From Chlamydiia bacterium (GTDB lineage Bacteria; Chlamydiota; Chlamydiia; Chlamydiales; JBMOFD01): 54,595 nt of DNA. Positions 30,409 through 38,930 of the stretch are shown one piece after another. The notes under the pieces were generated by a model, which saw only the letters and a list, made by a program, of their open reading frames with translations, was not told the DNA's origin and searched no databases. How positions within the stretch are numbered: the stretch's first letter is position 1; each line of letters opens with the position of its first letter. Both the position numbers and the translations under genes were made by a program. The DNA is taken from the NCBI GenBank assembly GCA_049314435.1, contig JBMOFD010000002.1:1-54595 (forward strand), written 5' to 3'.

Positions 30409-30887
30409 GCGTAGTCAACGAATTGGAAGAACTATCAGCCCTTGTCGATCGTTGGGCTCCCGGTGCTAGCATCCAAGAGGAGACCCAGCAGGTGGTCTCT
30501 GTTCTACATCTCCCTCAGGGGGATGTGCCTGTGTTCCTTCGCTATCTTAGGGATGCGCAGCTCCTGCAGCTGGTGGCCTTTCTGCCTTGTGATCTAGTCG
30601 ACCGTGCTGTGAGTGATCTGGGACGTTTTCTCCATTTGATCAATAAAGGTCTCGATCGTCCTGGGCTGGGTATCGATGAAGTCTTCCGCGTCGTGTTCTA
30701 CCGCCTCGTTCTCCCCTGTGCCCAGAATGGAGTCGATGAGCAACACCTCCAAGAAGCCTGGGAGGCTATGGAGGGGGTTGTAGAAACCTTCTGCACCTAT
30801 ATTCGTCCGGTGGCTTCAGGACAACTCGACTTCACAGAAGTTGTGACGATGCTCGCTAACCAAGACGAAGAGGCGCTAACCACATAG
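30405..30887 (+). CDS. Type III secretion chaperone, Mcsc/CT260-like (YbjN/CesT fold)
   Basis: VPVFLR..LLQLVAFLPC..LGRFLHLINK.LD.PGLGIDE..VFYRLVLPC matches chlamydial Mcsc as recalled; adjacent to dnaQ. Confidence 0.85.
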   Translation: MSVVNELEELSALVDRWAPGASIQEETQQVVSVLHLPQGDVPVFLRYLRDAQLLQLVAFLPCDLVDRAVSDLGRFLHLINKGLDRPGLGIDEVFRVVFYRLVLPCAQNGVDEQHLQEAWEAMEGVVETFCTYIRPVASGQLDFTEVVTMLANQDEEALTT

Positions 30888-30926
30888 GTTAGCTCCAAGA
30901 TCAAGCAGGGAGACGAGGAGTTCGTT

Positions 30927-31463
30927 GTGCGACCCATTTTCTATGACACAGAGACCACGGGCCTGAAGCCAGAGCGCGATCGCATCGTCGAGCTGGCCGC
31001 CTACGATCCTGTGCAGCAGCGCACATTCGAGCGACTCATTCATCCTCAGATGCCGATCCCGGCCGAGGTGCAGCGCATTCATGGGATCTCGGATGAGATG
31101 GTGCGAGATGCACCGTCGTTTCGTGAGATTCTGCCGGAATGGCTGGAGTTCTGCTCAGGGGATGTTGTGCTCATCGCACACAACGGGGATTCCTTCGACA
31201 TGCGGTTCCTGCAAGCGGAGTTCGCCACGGCGCAAAGTGCCATGCCCAAGTGGCCTACCATCGATACCCTTAAGTGGTCTCGACGCTACCGGCCCGATCT
31301 CCCCAAACACCAGCTGCAGTTCCTGCGTGAGGTGTATGGGATCCCCGCTAATCAGGCACACCGGGCCCTAGATGACGTTTACGTCCTGGCCAAAGTCTTT
31401 TCGGCCATGATCGACGACCTGCCTTGGGACGTCGTGTGCCAGCTCCTCGACCAGGTGCATTGA
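30927..31463 (+). CDS. dnaQ: DEDDh 3'-5' exonuclease, DNA polymerase III epsilon-like
   Basis: FYDTETTG, IHGI, IAHNGDSFD, AHRALDDV. Confidence 0.92.
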   Translation: MRPIFYDTETTGLKPERDRIVELAAYDPVQQRTFERLIHPQMPIPAEVQRIHGISDEMVRDAPSFREILPEWLEFCSGDVVLIAHNGDSFDMRFLQAEFATAQSAMPKWPTIDTLKWSRRYRPDLPKHQLQFLREVYGIPANQAHRALDDVYVLAKVFSAMIDDLPWDVVCQLLDQVH

Positions 31464-31573
31464 GCTCTATTGTGCTGATTGGCGGGAGGACGTAGTCCTC
31501 AGCTGTCGTACGAGCAGGTAGGCTTTTTTCCTTATTCCCATTACTACAAGGTACAGAAGAGGATGAGGGATCG

Positions 31574-33040
31574 ATGTCTGGTATTTTGCTAACTGGAGCG
31601 ACTGGCTATGTAGGTGGACGCCTCCTGAAGAAGCTTTTGGCTGAGGGCCACAAGGTACGGGTCTTTGCCAGGGATCCCCGCCGTGTGCCCATCGCTCAGC
31701 ACCCTCAACTGGAGATCATGCAGGGGGATGCGCAAGATCCAGGGGCGTTTCTGCAGGCGATGGAGGGCATAGATGTCGCCTACTATCTCATCCATGGCAT
31801 GGAGGGCTCCCAAGTAGGGTTTGTCGATCGAGAAGTGGCAGCAGCCCACCACTTTGCTCGAGCCTGCCAACAGCGAGGGGTGCAGCGGATCATCTATTTG
31901 GGAGGCCTTGGTCATGAAGGCCCTGAACTCTCCGCTCACCTCCGGGCCCGTCATTTGACGGGAGAGCTTTTAAGGGCGACCGGAGTGCCCGTCACCGAAT
32001 TCAGGGCCGCCGTCATCATCGGATCGGGCTCCGTAAGTTTTGAGATGATCCGCTATCTCACAGAGCGCCTTCCCGTCATGATCTGCCCCAGGTGGGTGCA
32101 GACACGCTGCCAGCCGATTGGGATCGGTGATGTGCTCCGCTACCTCACGGAAGCGCTCACGCAACCCGCCTCCACAGGGAAGATCATAGAGATTGGTGGG
32201 GCTGATGTGATGACCTATGGTCAGATGATGCAGCGATATGCTCAGATCCGAGGGCTGCGCCGCTATCTCATCCCGGTTCCTCTTCTCACGCCCTATCTCT
32301 CCGGCCTCTGGATCGGCCTTGTGACGCCGATCCCTTCCACGATCGCCAGATTCCTCATTGAGGGGCTCCGCAACGAGGTGGTGGTAGAGAGCCCACTCGC
32401 TAAGGAGATCTTTCCCTTTCAGCCAATGGGTTTCGATGAGGCTGTTCGGATTGCTCTAGAGCGTATGCAGCAGGGGTCCGTCGAGACGACGTGGTCGGGG
32501 TCGAGCGCTGTGTTCGGTCTTCCTGCCGACCCAAAGGGCCTGTCCCCCGAGCTGGAACAGTCCGAGGGCATGATCATGGAGCGGCGTAGCGCTGAGATCA
32601 ACGCGCCCATCTCCGTTGTCTGGCGAGTCATCTCAAGGTTGGGTGGCCAGGAGGGCTGGCCGTACGCTCAGAGACTCTGGGCCTTACGAGGACTCTTCGA
32701 TCGCCTGATCGGAGGAGTGGGGATGAGACGAGGGCGCCGCTCGCCGGTTGATCTCCGAGAAGGGGATGTGGTCGATTTCTGGCGTGTAGAGGCATGTTTG
32801 CCAGAGCACCTCCTGCGACTTCGTGCTGAGATGAAGCTTCCTGGTCGAGGATGGCTGCAGTTCCAGCTTGTCCCGTTGCCGTCGGGGAAGACGGAGTGTG
32901 TGCAGACCTGCTTCTTTGAACCTAAGGGCCTGTGGGGACAGCTCTACTGGAGCCTGCTCTTTCCCTTCCACAAGTGCATTTTCAGTGGGATGCTGCAGAA
33001 AATTCAGTCTAAAGCCGAGCAACAGGCCAAAGAGGCCTGA
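31574..33040 (+). CDS. NAD(P)-binding SDR protein with DUF2867 (YbjT-like)
   Basis: TGATGYVGG, RAAVIIGSGS.SFE, GDVVDFWRV, LRAEMKLPG. Confidence 0.9.
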   Translation: MSGILLTGATGYVGGRLLKKLLAEGHKVRVFARDPRRVPIAQHPQLEIMQGDAQDPGAFLQAMEGIDVAYYLIHGMEGSQVGFVDREVAAAHHFARACQQRGVQRIIYLGGLGHEGPELSAHLRARHLTGELLRATGVPVTEFRAAVIIGSGSVSFEMIRYLTERLPVMICPRWVQTRCQPIGIGDVLRYLTEALTQPASTGKIIEIGGADVMTYGQMMQRYAQIRGLRRYLIPVPLLTPYLSGLWIGLVTPIPSTIARFLIEGLRNEVVVESPLAKEIFPFQPMGFDEAVRIALERMQQGSVETTWSGSSAVFGLPADPKGLSPELEQSEGMIMERRSAEINAPISVVWRVISRLGGQEGWPYAQRLWALRGLFDRLIGGVGMRRGRRSPVDLREGDVVDFWRVEACLPEHLLRLRAEMKLPGRGWLQFQLVPLPSGKTECVQTCFFEPKGLWGQLYWSLLFPFHKCIFSGMLQKIQSKAEQQAKEA

Positions 33041-33111
33041 GTTCCGTGAGTTTGGGCCCGCAGCACACCCAGCGATGGCGTTCGAGCCGCCTAAGGAGAA
33101 GCGATGGGTCT

Positions 33112-35331
33112 CTAAAGGCCGTTGAAGCTACTGTCGCCGATGATGGTTGCCTCTAGCATGTCTCTGAACATGGATTCGTCCTCCACAGCAGGCGAGTCCA
33201 TTCTGCGAAAGCAGGTGTGGAAGACAACACGATCAGTACCAGGAGCGACGAGCAGCTCTAGCTGGGAGCCTTCGATTAGGGTCTCACTACCAGTGACCAG
33301 CCATAGGAAGCGCCTTAGCTTTTCGTCGGGGGCATCCCGAATCCAATTCTTGAGCCAGCCCAGCCGCATTGGGTCGTTGCTGTTAGTCTGGATCTTTTCA
33401 CGATCTAGTTTCCCGAAAAAGCGCTCTGAAAGACCTGCCTGTGAGAGATTTTTGAGTCGATCCGTTGCCCCAGCGCCGAGGTCATCACGGATACCCGCGA
33501 TGATGCTATGGGTGGCATCAACATAGCCCTGCCTGGCCTCCATATAGGCCGTTTGGATCTGTTGGATCTGGCTGGTGCGCTCATCATCCCCTAGAGCTTT
33601 CCAATCAACGTCCTCATCCCCGAGGTATGGCTCGCCCAGAGTTTTCAGGACCGCCCAGTCCTCATCACTACGCTCTTTACCTGGTGGGGGGACCAACGCA
33701 CCACGGGTGCTCTGATCTCCAAGGGTCTCCAGAACGACATGCAGGTCGTCTTGGCCCCCTAATTTAGCAAGGATGCCACGAAAGGCACCGATCCCCAGGA
33801 CTGATGGAAAGAAGAGCCCTTCCTTGCTATGAGCTCCCCAAGCGAGAATGCGCCCAAAAGCTCGATAGGCTGTCTTGGCCTCCTCATGTTGTGCGAAAGG
33901 AAGCCACCCTCCCTGGTCATCTTTCGTGGCCTGAAGGAAATTTGCAGAGGCTTCCTCTGAAAAGAGACTCTTGCCCAAAAGTGTCCATAGATCCCGTTTG
34001 AGTCCGCCCGCATCGACACCTGGCTCACCCTCAAATTGAACTTTCGGATATTTTCCTTCGCCTAGGAGATTGCTAAGACGGCTTAACACGGCCGTAGGAC
34101 GTTCCACGGCTCCTTCACGACGTACTCTGAAAGGCTCGGGGTGAATATCGTCAGGGTCGTTCCAATCGGGGTCATCAGGGCGCTCGAGGAGTCCTGACGC
34201 ACTGTATTCAGGATATATCACCCGAGCTGGTAGTGGAGGGGGCTGGAGAGGTCGGAATGGAAACGGCCGAAATATAAAAGGAGCATTGAGACCAGGGTTG
34301 CTAGATATGATAGAGTGTAGGTCCGACGTACTCCAAGGACAGCCTTCCCATCGCACCTCTCCGAGATTCATAGGGGCACCAAGGTTTGGAGGAGACCGCA
34401 TGCTGCTGCATCCACGCAAATCAAGATAGGATAGCTGGTGCAAGTCCAGCAGGTCTGGAGGGATGGTCAATTCGGAACAGTTTCTGAGGGTAAGACGCTC
34501 CAGAGGTAGGCCGCGAAGGTCGGGAGGAGTTGTTAAATTGGGACAGTCCTCTAGGTAGAGATCCCCCAGGGCTCGCAGGTCGCGAAGGTCAGGAAGGGAA
34601 CTTGCTTGCACCCTGGTGAGGGACAGTGCCCTTAGATTGCTAAGGCCGCGAAGGTCAAGAGGGGCCCCACCATAGCTATCGATGCTCAAGCCACTTAGCT
34701 GACTAAGGCGACGAAGGTCTGGAGGGGTCGCTAAGCAGGTACAGGGCCCCAGATCGAGCCGTTCGAGCTTGGTGAAGTAGCGAAGACAAGGGGGGAGGCT
34801 GGTCAGCCACCCATTGACCGGGAAGGATTCAAAAGTCTGGTCCGGAAAGTCGGGGGATTCGACGGCTTGCGCCCAGCTCGCCTGAACCTCGAGCCGGATT
34901 TCAGACTCGTCGGCCGGTCCGGCTCTGACCCAGGCCTTCAGATCCGACAAATACCTGGCCCTAAGGAGGTCCCTCTCAAGCCCGTCAACGAGACCCTGTA
35001 TTTCAGGGAGGGGGAGTCTAGCCAACCTGTCACGCTCACTGCGATTCATCCACTGGATGACAGAACTGCCGCTAGACCTCAATTCAAACCCTAGCTTTTC
35101 AGCTACAACATGAACAAGCCTGCTCAGGCGATTCGTAAACCTGCGCCACCGGCCGGTTGAGTTGGCCGCTGCGATGGCGGTGATGGTTGTGTCCGATGGT
35201 TGTTGCTTGAGGTAGTCTCCTAATGTGTGCAGCTTGCGCAAGCTGAGTCTCTCCAGGACGCTTTTAGCGTCCTGCACTTGAAGATCGTGATTCGGCGGCT
35301 CTGGCGGAGAAATCCCTGACGGTCCAATCAT
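33112..35331 (-). CDS. LRR-HECT E3 ubiquitin ligase, candidate T3SS effector
   Basis: LRRs (PPDLRGL repeats). HECT motifs FRVRR, VQFEGEPGVDAGGLKRD, YRAFGRIL, RRFLWLVTG, HTCF, and Phe at position -4. Confidence 0.85.
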   Translation of the reverse strand: MIGPSGISPPEPPNHDLQVQDAKSVLERLSLRKLHTLGDYLKQQPSDTTITAIAAANSTGRWRRFTNRLSRLVHVVAEKLGFELRSSGSSVIQWMNRSERDRLARLPLPEIQGLVDGLERDLLRARYLSDLKAWVRAGPADESEIRLEVQASWAQAVESPDFPDQTFESFPVNGWLTSLPPCLRYFTKLERLDLGPCTCLATPPDLRRLSQLSGLSIDSYGGAPLDLRGLSNLRALSLTRVQASSLPDLRDLRALGDLYLEDCPNLTTPPDLRGLPLERLTLRNCSELTIPPDLLDLHQLSYLDLRGCSSMRSPPNLGAPMNLGEVRWEGCPWSTSDLHSIISSNPGLNAPFIFRPFPFRPLQPPPLPARVIYPEYSASGLLERPDDPDWNDPDDIHPEPFRVRREGAVERPTAVLSRLSNLLGEGKYPKVQFEGEPGVDAGGLKRDLWTLLGKSLFSEEASANFLQATKDDQGGWLPFAQHEEAKTAYRAFGRILAWGAHSKEGLFFPSVLGIGAFRGILAKLGGQDDLHVVLETLGDQSTRGALVPPPGKERSDEDWAVLKTLGEPYLGDEDVDWKALGDDERTSQIQQIQTAYMEARQGYVDATHSIIAGIRDDLGAGATDRLKNLSQAGLSERFFGKLDREKIQTNSNDPMRLGWLKNWIRDAPDEKLRRFLWLVTGSETLIEGSQLELLVAPGTDRVVFHTCFRRMDSPAVEDESMFRDMLEATIIGDSSFNGL

Positions 35332-35490
35332 GCGCAATACCGTTACAGCCCTTTAACTATATTACCCCATGTGAGCTTTGTATGGAGCGTAACGCTTAGG
35401 GCGATGTCAGGCGGGAGGTCCTCTTGTCTTCTTGAGCGACCTTGAAGGCAAACCTTCTATAGGGCACATTCCGGTGTAGAAGGAGTCTTC

Positions 35491-36519
35491 TTGGTGTCCG
35501 CTGACGTCTACCATTTTTATGAGCCTGATCGAGAGGCCGTGCTCGCACGCATTGGAAAGCAGCGGGCCTGTCAGGCTCTCCGCCAGATGCTGTTGATCCG
35601 GCACTTTGAGCAGCGTGGTGAGGCCGCTTACCAGCAAGGTCAGGTGGGCGGATTCTATCACTCTTATGTGGGCCAAGAGGCGATCCAGACAGCAGCCGTC
35701 ATGGCTCTGGGGCCTGACAACTGGTGGTCGACTAGCTACCGTTGCCACGCTCTTGCCCTTCTATTGGGCGTGACGCCCAATGAGGCGATGGCCGAACTCT
35801 ACGGACGTGCTGCAGGGAATGCCAAGGGGCGAGGTGGCTCCATGCACTTCTACACAAACCGTCTTTTGGGTGGATTTGGGATTGTGGGGGGGCAGGTTCC
35901 CATTGGAGTCGGCGCCGCGTTCACCATCAAATACCTCAAGAAGCCCGAGGTCTCCGTTATCTTTCTAGGGGATGGGGCCGTGGCTCAGGGCGCGTTCCAT
36001 GAGGCACTCAACATAGCCGCTCTCTGGAACTTGCCAGCTCTCACCGTCATTGAGAACAATCAGTGGGGCATGGGGACCGCGGTGGGCCGAGCGATCAGTG
36101 TGCAGCCGATTGCTGAACTCAAAGCTCCTGGCTACGGAATGCCTGGCTATTCTCTGGAGGGGAGCGACTTCCTCGCTTGTTTTGATCTCTTCGAGAAACT
36201 GGGAGCCTCCATGAAAGAGAAGCCCCACCCTGTCCTGGTGGAGGCAGTCACGGAGCGCTTTAGGGGCCATAGCATCTCCGATCCTGCTTTGTATCGTGAT
36301 AAGGAGACTCTGCAGGTCTGCATGGCCGAGAAGGATCCGATCATCAAGTGGCGTACTCTTCTTACCGAGAAGGGATGGATCTCTGATGAGCAGTTCCAAC
36401 AGTGGGATCGTGAGGCGCGCGATGGGGTCGTGGAAGCCATGAAGTACGCTGAAGGGTGTCCTTGGCCTGAACTCGGTGAACTGGAGCAGGGTGTCTATGC
36501 TCCAGAGGCGGTGAGCTGA
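35491..36519 (+). CDS. pdhA: Pyruvate dehydrogenase E1 alpha
   Basis: GGFYHSYVGQEA, GRGGSMH, GDGA..NNQWGMGT, RFRGHSISDP. Confidence 0.97.
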   Translation: MVSADVYHFYEPDREAVLARIGKQRACQALRQMLLIRHFEQRGEAAYQQGQVGGFYHSYVGQEAIQTAAVMALGPDNWWSTSYRCHALALLLGVTPNEAMAELYGRAAGNAKGRGGSMHFYTNRLLGGFGIVGGQVPIGVGAAFTIKYLKKPEVSVIFLGDGAVAQGAFHEALNIAALWNLPALTVIENNQWGMGTAVGRAISVQPIAELKAPGYGMPGYSLEGSDFLACFDLFEKLGASMKEKPHPVLVEAVTERFRGHSISDPALYRDKETLQVCMAEKDPIIKWRTLLTEKGWISDEQFQQWDREARDGVVEAMKYAEGCPWPELGELEQGVYAPEAVS

Positions 36520-37493
36520 TGCCCATCGTTGAAATGAGAGAAGCACTACGCCAAGCCATGGACGAAGAGATGGTCCGCGATCCCACCGTCTGCATCATGG
36601 GGGAAGAGGTCGCTGAGTACAACGGCGCCTACAAGGTAACGAAGGGCATGTTGGATCGATGGGGTCCCGAGCGTATCATCGACACGCCCATCGCGGAGCT
36701 CGGCTTTGCCGGCCTGGCCATTGGTGCTGCGATGACGGGGCTCCGCCCCATTGTCGAGTTCATGAGTTGGAACTTCAGCTTTGTGGCGGCCGATCAGATC
36801 ATCTCCAATGCTGCCAAGATGTACTACATGTCAGGCGGACGCTTCTCTGTGCCGGTCGTCTTTCGTGGGCCTAATGGGGCTGCGGCTCAGGTCTCTTGCC
36901 AGCACAGCCATTGCGTGGAGTCGATGTATGCGAATTTCCCTGGGCTCATCGTTGTAGCTCCTTCGACTCCTTATGATGCCAAGGGCCTTCTCAAGTCATC
37001 GATTCGCAATCCCAACCCGGTGCTGTTCCTTGAGAACGAGCTCTCCTATGGAGACAAAGGGGAGATCCCCGACGGGGAGTACCTCGTGCCCATTGGTGTG
37101 GCTCGAGTGGCCAGAGAGGGACTTCATGTTACGTTGGTGACTTATTCCCGCATGGTCGCCGTTGCAGAACGAGCCGCTGTCGAGCTTGCCAAGAGCGGCA
37201 TCTCAGTGGAGATCATCGACTTGCGGACTATCAAACCTCTGGACTTAGCTACGATCCTTCAATCATTGAAAAAGACGCATCGCTGTGTGTGTGTGGAAGA
37301 GGGACACTACTTTGCTGGGATCAGTGCTGAGATCGGTTTCGAAATTCAGTCGGTGGCAATGGATGAACTCGACGCGCCTATTGTGCGGGTGACCCAGCGA
37401 GAGATGCCTATGCCCTATTCGAAAGTGTTAGAAGCCGAGACACTGCCTAATGTGCAGCGTCTGATTGCAGCCGTTCATCAAGTGTTGAGGTAA
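36519..37493 (+). CDS. pdhB: Pyruvate dehydrogenase E1 beta
   Basis: MGEEVAEYNGAYKVTKG, DTPIAE, FRGPNG, IDLRTIKPLD. Confidence 0.97.
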   Translation: MPIVEMREALRQAMDEEMVRDPTVCIMGEEVAEYNGAYKVTKGMLDRWGPERIIDTPIAELGFAGLAIGAAMTGLRPIVEFMSWNFSFVAADQIISNAAKMYYMSGGRFSVPVVFRGPNGAAAQVSCQHSHCVESMYANFPGLIVVAPSTPYDAKGLLKSSIRNPNPVLFLENELSYGDKGEIPDGEYLVPIGVARVAREGLHVTLVTYSRMVAVAERAAVELAKSGISVEIIDLRTIKPLDLATILQSLKKTHRCVCVEEGHYFAGISAEIGFEIQSVAMDELDAPIVRVTQREMPMPYSKVLEAETLPNVQRLIAAVHQVLR

Positions 37494-37495
37494 CC

Positions 37496-38800
37496 GTGCC
37501 CTTTACGATCACCCTTCCCAAACTCTCTCCTACGATGGAGTCGGGTGTCATCGCAAAATGGCACAAAAAAGTTGGGGATCCCATCCAGCCAGGAGAGGTC
37601 CTGGTGGAGGTGGCGACTGACAAAGCAACCATCGAGTACAACGCCCTGGATGGGGGATTTCTACGCGCCATCCTCGTTCCAGAAGGGACGGAAGCGCGTG
37701 TGAACCAGCCGATTGCGGTCTGTACCGAATCAGCCAACGAGTCGATTGAAAATTATCGCCCAGAGGGAATCAACGTGACACCTCCACCAGCAGAGACTCC
37801 GACCACTCCGGTGAGCGAGGCTGTAGCCTCCGCCATGGCTGCCCCAACGCCTGCCCCAGCCCCTGTGGCTGCTCCTTCAGCCATACGACCAGCCCCGCCT
37901 GTTCAGGGCTGGAGTCCTCCTCAGGTAAATGCCCCCAATGCACGGGTTGGCATCAGTCCCTATGCCAAGAAGCTGGCAGCTGAGCGAGGCCTCGATCCGA
38001 CGTCTGCTCAGGGCACGGGTCCAGGTGGGCGTGTGTTAGCGCGTGACCTTGCTTCGGCTCAGCCAGCGGCTCCCGTTCAGTTCGCTCGTCAGGAACTGCC
38101 CGAGACGGTGCCAGGGACCTTTGAGCTCGAGGCCATGACGCCCATGCGCAGGGCGGTCGGCGACCGCCTCCTCGCCAGCAAGCAGCAGATCCCTCACTTC
38201 TATCTCACGATTGATGTAGACGCAGCTCCATTGGTGCAATGTCGTGAGCAGCTCCTGGCTTTGGGCCTCAAGGTGACCTTCAATGATCTCGTGCTTAGGG
38301 CCGTTGCCTTGAGCTTGAGGCAGCATCCCCAGGTCAACAGCGGGTTCGATCCATCGACTCAGGCTCTGATCCGCTTCAAGACGATCGATATCGCCGTGGC
38401 TGTGAGTTTGCCACAGGGGCTGATCACCCCGATCGTCCGTCATGCCGACTACAAGTCTCTTGGAGAGATCTCTGCGGAAGTGAAGCAGCTGGCCACTAAG
38501 GCTCGCGAGGGGAAACTACAGCCGGCTGAATATCAAGGTGGATCCTTCACGATCAGCAACCTGGGCATGTACGGTGTCAAAGAGTTTGCCGCAATCCTCA
38601 ACCCTCCCCAGGCAGCTATCCTCGCTGTGGCGGCCATCCGTGAGGAGCCGATTGTTCGAGATGGACAGGTGGTTCCAGGTCGGCTTATGGCATGTACGCT
38701 GAGTGTTGATCACCGTGTGATCGATGGATCTGAGGCGGCCCAATTCCTTGCGACCTTTAAGACCTTCATCGAGTCCCCTGCCGGGCTTTGCCTTCTCTAA
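37496..38800 (+). CDS. pdhC: Dihydrolipoamide acetyltransferase E2
   Basis: Lipoyl motif ATDKAT, Pro/Ala linker, GTGPGGRV, SNLGMYG, DHRVIDG. Confidence 0.97.
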   Translation: MPFTITLPKLSPTMESGVIAKWHKKVGDPIQPGEVLVEVATDKATIEYNALDGGFLRAILVPEGTEARVNQPIAVCTESANESIENYRPEGINVTPPPAETPTTPVSEAVASAMAAPTPAPAPVAAPSAIRPAPPVQGWSPPQVNAPNARVGISPYAKKLAAERGLDPTSAQGTGPGGRVLARDLASAQPAAPVQFARQELPETVPGTFELEAMTPMRRAVGDRLLASKQQIPHFYLTIDVDAAPLVQCREQLLALGLKVTFNDLVLRAVALSLRQHPQVNSGFDPSTQALIRFKTIDIAVAVSLPQGLITPIVRHADYKSLGEISAEVKQLATKAREGKLQPAEYQGGSFTISNLGMYGVKEFAAILNPPQAAILAVAAIREEPIVRDGQVVPGRLMACTLSVDHRVIDGSEAAQFLATFKTFIESPAGLCLL

Positions 38801-38930
38801 GAGCAGGGAAATGCGGCGCTCAGAGCGTTTTCACGTTGAGAGAAGGCTCTGAACCGCTTCTGCAATACTCTGTGCGCAAATCTACCCTAGCCGTGCAACA
38901 TATTCCGCTCTTGGTCTCAGAGCGGTGTGT

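Noticed and set aside
34380..34800. Recurring GCGAAGGTC-like DNA repeats
   Set aside because: Explained by the coding LRR units (PDLR).
35491..38800. Absence of lpdA from the pdh operon
   Set aside because: Normal for Chlamydiota, where lpdA is unlinked.
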